DNA of 64,000 nucleotides from Yuukianura sp. NJ FZ-2021 (Eukaryota): NCBI GenBank assembly GCA_046563655.1, contig CM102285.1, positions 7,998,001 to 8,062,000 of the forward strand, read 5' to 3'. Shown piece by piece: positions 59,849 to 64,000 of this stretch (position 1 is its first letter; each line of letters starts with the position of its first letter). The notes under the pieces were generated by a model. It saw only the letters and a program-made list of their open reading frames with translations, ran no database searches and was not told where the DNA came from. The position numbers and the translations under genes were made by a program.

Positions 59849-60472
59849 ATGATTCAGGGAATAAGTGCAGCACATGCCAAAACGTGGACAGTAGTTGGTA
59901 AGATGTCACTTAATGATTCAAAAGTTACGAATAAAATATCGTAGGAAAACAACTCCTAGTGCTTGGTTTACCCCTTAATTTTTGTCTTAGGGACGATCTT
60001 CAACAACTTGCGAGGTCACTGGAACTTTATTCGTGAAATCGAGAGTAAACTGCCTTCATCCCCTAGTGGAACAGTCACTGGATATGCTAAATTCGTCAAA
60101 ACACAGGAAGGTGATCATCAGTACTTGTACTCCGAAGAGGGGAAGTTCCAGATAGAAAATGCTGGTACTCCACTTGACGTTAAACGAGAATACTTATACG
60201 AATATGACGACAAATTAGACTCTATCCAAGTTTTCTTTGCCACTAACCAATCATCAAAAGACAGATTCTTTCATACAGTTTCTGTAGAAGAAGCAGAACT
60301 GACTGCCACTGGAGAGCATCTATGTGAAGCTGATCATTACACAGCGAGATACTGCTTCCCTGAACAGGCCTCGAATCGTTTCAATATCCAGTTTACTGTT
60401 AAGGGTCCACAGAAGGACTACGTAGCATCCACTACGTTTACAAGGGACGCCAGTTCTCTACCTTTACGTTAA
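59849..60472 (+). CDS. DUF6314-like small beta-rich protein (~176 aa), two exons
   Basis: Exons 59849-59897 and 59991-60472 join in frame (phase 1). Motifs IFNNLRGHWNFIREIESKLPSSPSGTVTGYAKF, YLYSEEG, REYLYEY, FFH, HLCEADHY and VKGPQKDY match my recollection of DUF6314. Confidence 0.8.
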
Positions 60473-61061
60473 GTGGACGGAAGATCTTCAGAAGTCACTC
60501 CCAAAACTGTCAATATTACCTAACACGACTTTTTGGCCATATTTTTTCAATTCCTGTTCAGGATCAAGTAAATCGGTAAACTAAAAAACTGAATTGTTGT
60601 TTAGTAGTTGACCTCGACGTCTCTGACCTAGTTAACTTCTTTCACTTCATATTCGCGAAACGTAAACGCTGTACACAGGTAGTACACAGCTATAAGCTGT
60701 TAAAGCCATAAATGGATTTAAATAAGCATCAATACTGAACTTCCATCGCATCGCATAGTGAGAATCTTCGTAGTTCAGAGAATTCAGAGGGTTAGTCAGA
60801 CCTGTGCAGCTCCTCTTTCGGAATTTCAAAAGCTGGAACTGGATAGGCAAGAACAAGAAAAGTGAATAAGATAAAATTCAAAAATTGATAAAAATCTAAC
60901 CAACAGACAGTGAACCCGAACAGTCAAGAGATCAAACAAAGCAGTATAAACACTGCTTAATTCGAGTTCACAATTTGAATACAATCAGTTCAGTCGTGTT
61001 TAGTATTCTATTAAGTTGGTTGGCCCAAACTTTGGGCCCCAAAGGCAACAACCGGTCTAAG

Positions 61062-64000
61062 ATGACGTGTCATAACACATGGTTAGTAGTTCTGTCACTG
61101 GTGACCCTGGGTCAAGTTAGTCCACACTCACAAAGGGTAGAAACGTTCCTGTCGGCAAAATGGAAACCGACGTCTCCAATCCTAGAAGCCGCAGAATTTA
61201 TCAGCGATGTAGACCCCAACCTGTTTTGGCAGTTCCTGGACAACGTCATCGACAAACAACAAAGTTTTCCAGTCACTTCTAGAAATGGTAATGCGCGATG
61301 GTACTTAAATTAGGTTTGACCCAATGATTGGATTATCAGAATACAGGGACGATAAATTTGCATTGCTAAATGAATAACGATGATTTATTGCTAAAATTCT
61401 GGTTCTTGAGAGTATGTTGTGTTTTTAACGTTTACAGTACATGCGTTTGTAAAATTTTAGGCATAGTACATACTGTTTAGTCGTGCGCGCATTCGGTAAA
61501 ACAGAGGTTTACTTTAAAATAAATTTTCTACGAATTTGTCTTACAGATGACTTCGAGTTCGATATGGCATCCGTTTCGGCATTTAGTCTGATCTCACCAG
61601 CCAAATTGCGTATGATGGAGTGGTCTCTCACGTCTCGAGCTTATTCACCGAGAGTTCACATGCTACAGGAGGTAATGTTCATCCAGTTTTTAATTTCTGA
61701 CATCCAGCAGTTTCTTAACCGTACGGCTCCAACCTATTATGAATAGGTTGAAGGCTAACCTATCATAATGATTTGTTATTTGTTGTTTTACGAAGTTTAG
61801 ATGGCACCCGCACATTCCACTGGAAAAAGTTGCACGACATTTGTCCAGTATGGAAACGGAAAAGCGACGTGCGAGCTATCGGAATTGGAAGCCATACTTA
61901 AATCAGGCGACATTCTTACGCAAAATGCTGGGCAGAGTTATATCACAGACCACGACCACAAGTATCCGTCCTACATCTGGAATGAAAAGGGTTCTTCTAT
62001 ACTAATTTTGTACGGACATCCGTTTGATGAAAACACGAAGAAATTCCATGAATTCTTGAAGTAAGATGCTCTGAACAACTTCATATTGCCAGGGAAAATC
62101 TTAAAATCGATTTTTGTTTTATTCACTTTAGAACTAAAGCTGATGAGGTTGGTTACATTTTTCGACCATATAAGCCCGGTGTTGGTACCCTCTTGCTGGC
62201 AGGCTATGGAGCCGAACTTCAATTCAAGTCAACAGAGTATGTCGCACAAGATGATTCCCAAAAAGTACTCAAGAATTCTGAAGTTGATGGCTTCAACTTT
62301 GATCGCCTTCATGAAGTTCATCCCGATTTGAGTGAGAACCTCGAAAAATTCCAGAATTACTTGACTACCGAGAAAGGACGAAAGCGCGGCTTTGAAGCCC
62401 TTAAAGCCTGGCAAGTCCAAGAGCTTGGAATACAAGCGTCTCATTACACAACCCTTCAGGACAACGTTCTGCAGTCCCTTATGGACATCTCCGGCAATTT
62501 TCCGTCAAGGGCAGGATCACTTAGCTCAATTCGAGTACCAAATGAGTTCAAGAAGTCGATCTCATTCAATCAGAAGTTGCTACAATCTCACTTTAACTTG
62601 GACGAAGGAGAGGGGATTTTCTTTCTTCAAGGAAATCAGATAGATCCTGATTCTCTTGATCTATTTACATTTATGGATACACTGCAAGTGGAATTGGACC
62701 TTATGGAATCTCTACGCAGCATTTACAGCGACACGCTTCAAACACGAACAAAGTTGAACTCATACTTACGTATTGGGAATCGTGGGACTTCCGATCCAGA
62801 TCTGGCGTTGGATCTTCGAGATTCTTCAATCTACTGGATAAATGATTTGGAAAAAGATGAAGAGTACGAGGATTGGCCAGAGGATTTGACTCAACTGTTT
62901 TTCAGAATGGGTGGAATAATGCTTCGACCCGTAAGAAGAAATGTTTTCAATCTTCTTCTCTCACTAGACCCCGAAGACATCGAAAATACGGCCGGTGAGC
63001 TTACATGACTCGTTAAATCAACAATGTTATTGTTATTTCCTAGGAGTAACGTTTGTGTTGTCTGGTTTTAGCTCTGCTTAAATTAGCTCAGTCATTCATG
63101 GCTCACAAGGCACCTCTCAGAATTGGAGTTGTGTTTTGCTCGGAATCCAAACCTAATGCTGAGCTGAGTAATTTTATAGACGACGAACCTGAAACAAATC
63201 GAGGCGACGTAATTAGGCGAATTATGAATCATGCCCTGACGGAAGGCAAAATCCGAAAGGCTTATGCATCAATTGTAAACGTAAGTTAACATTCCAAGTA
63301 ATTGCAGCTATTTAGCTATGTATAGCTAAGAATAATGCTTTTTATTTAGTGAGTGTTTAATGTTGTTTCAGGCGTTTGAACGAAGAGACTTTACGAAACT
63401 ACTTAAAACCTTTAATGAAACTGGAGAAGAATTCGATTTTGGCGGAGAGCTTGCGTGTGAGTTTGTCAGAAAGAGTGGTCGGCCTACACCGGGAGCGTTT
63501 CTCAATGGAATTCCACTAAGTAAGTGACCAATTCACTGTTTTAACTGCAATTGCTCCGATGGAATCCGGCGTATAGACAGTGGTGTAAAATGTTTTGTTG
63601 TTGTGTTGTTCCAGAGTGGGAAAGTGTTGACGATTTTGAGGAAATTGTACTTAACCAACTGCTAAGAGAAGCACAAGTCATACAGTCGGAAGCTTACACT
63701 GGAAAGATTCGAGATGGAACTGATATCTTTGAATACATAATGAACAAGCCGCACGTTCAAACTCGACTCAACGAAAAAATTCTTGACACTTCAAACGCCA
63801 AATACGTTCAGTTTGGAAACGAAGTGTGGGAACCGGGCAAGGATCCGAAAAATCCCGCTGCTGCTCTAGCTGCCCATCTTTCTTACCTTGTTCCTCCGAG
63901 TAAGCGATCTTATCCTGTATCTGTCACTAACTGGATCTTGGCTGACATTACAACTCCAGAGGGCCACGCTTTCTTACAAACTGGCATAGAATTTTTACAA
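61062..64000 (+). CDS. UGGT: UDP-glucose:glycoprotein glucosyltransferase, 5' portion (truncated by window end)
   Basis: Exons 61062-61287, 61547-61671, 61801-62060, 62132-62994, 63072-63280, 63372-63519, 63615->64000. Signal peptide, then LSAKWKPTSPILEAAEF, LAGYGAELQFKSTEY, LKAWQVQELGIQA, DISGNFP, WINDLEKDEEYEDWP and RPVRRNVFNL. Confidence 0.95.

Overview
Eukaryotic (protostome, most likely arthropod) genomic DNA with GT-AG introns. Gene order: PPP4R1 (+), whose large introns hold a mir-71/mir-2/mir-13 microRNA cluster and several inverted-repeat elements; a compact, divergent SMG1 kinase (+); NDUFS3 (-) head-to-head with MTHFR (+); a ~12-kb tandem rearrangement in which three copies of the MTHFR 3' end bracket two copies of a cargo segment; two intronless divergent ionotropic receptor genes (-); a small DUF6314-like gene of fungal/bacterial type (+); and the 5' part of UGGT (+, runs off the window). 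The cargo segment carries a two-exon gene for a 7-blade WD40-like propeller with a C-terminal F-box/PRANC-like tail. The most unusual items are that WD40 gene and its direct-repeat-flanked cassette, the DUF6314-like gene (candidate horizontal transfer), a 1.3-kb near-perfect palindrome, and two Mutator-like foldback elements that share termini but have different minisatellite arms. Exon boundaries were read by eye from splice sites and frame continuity. Family assignments come from recalled motifs, not database searches.
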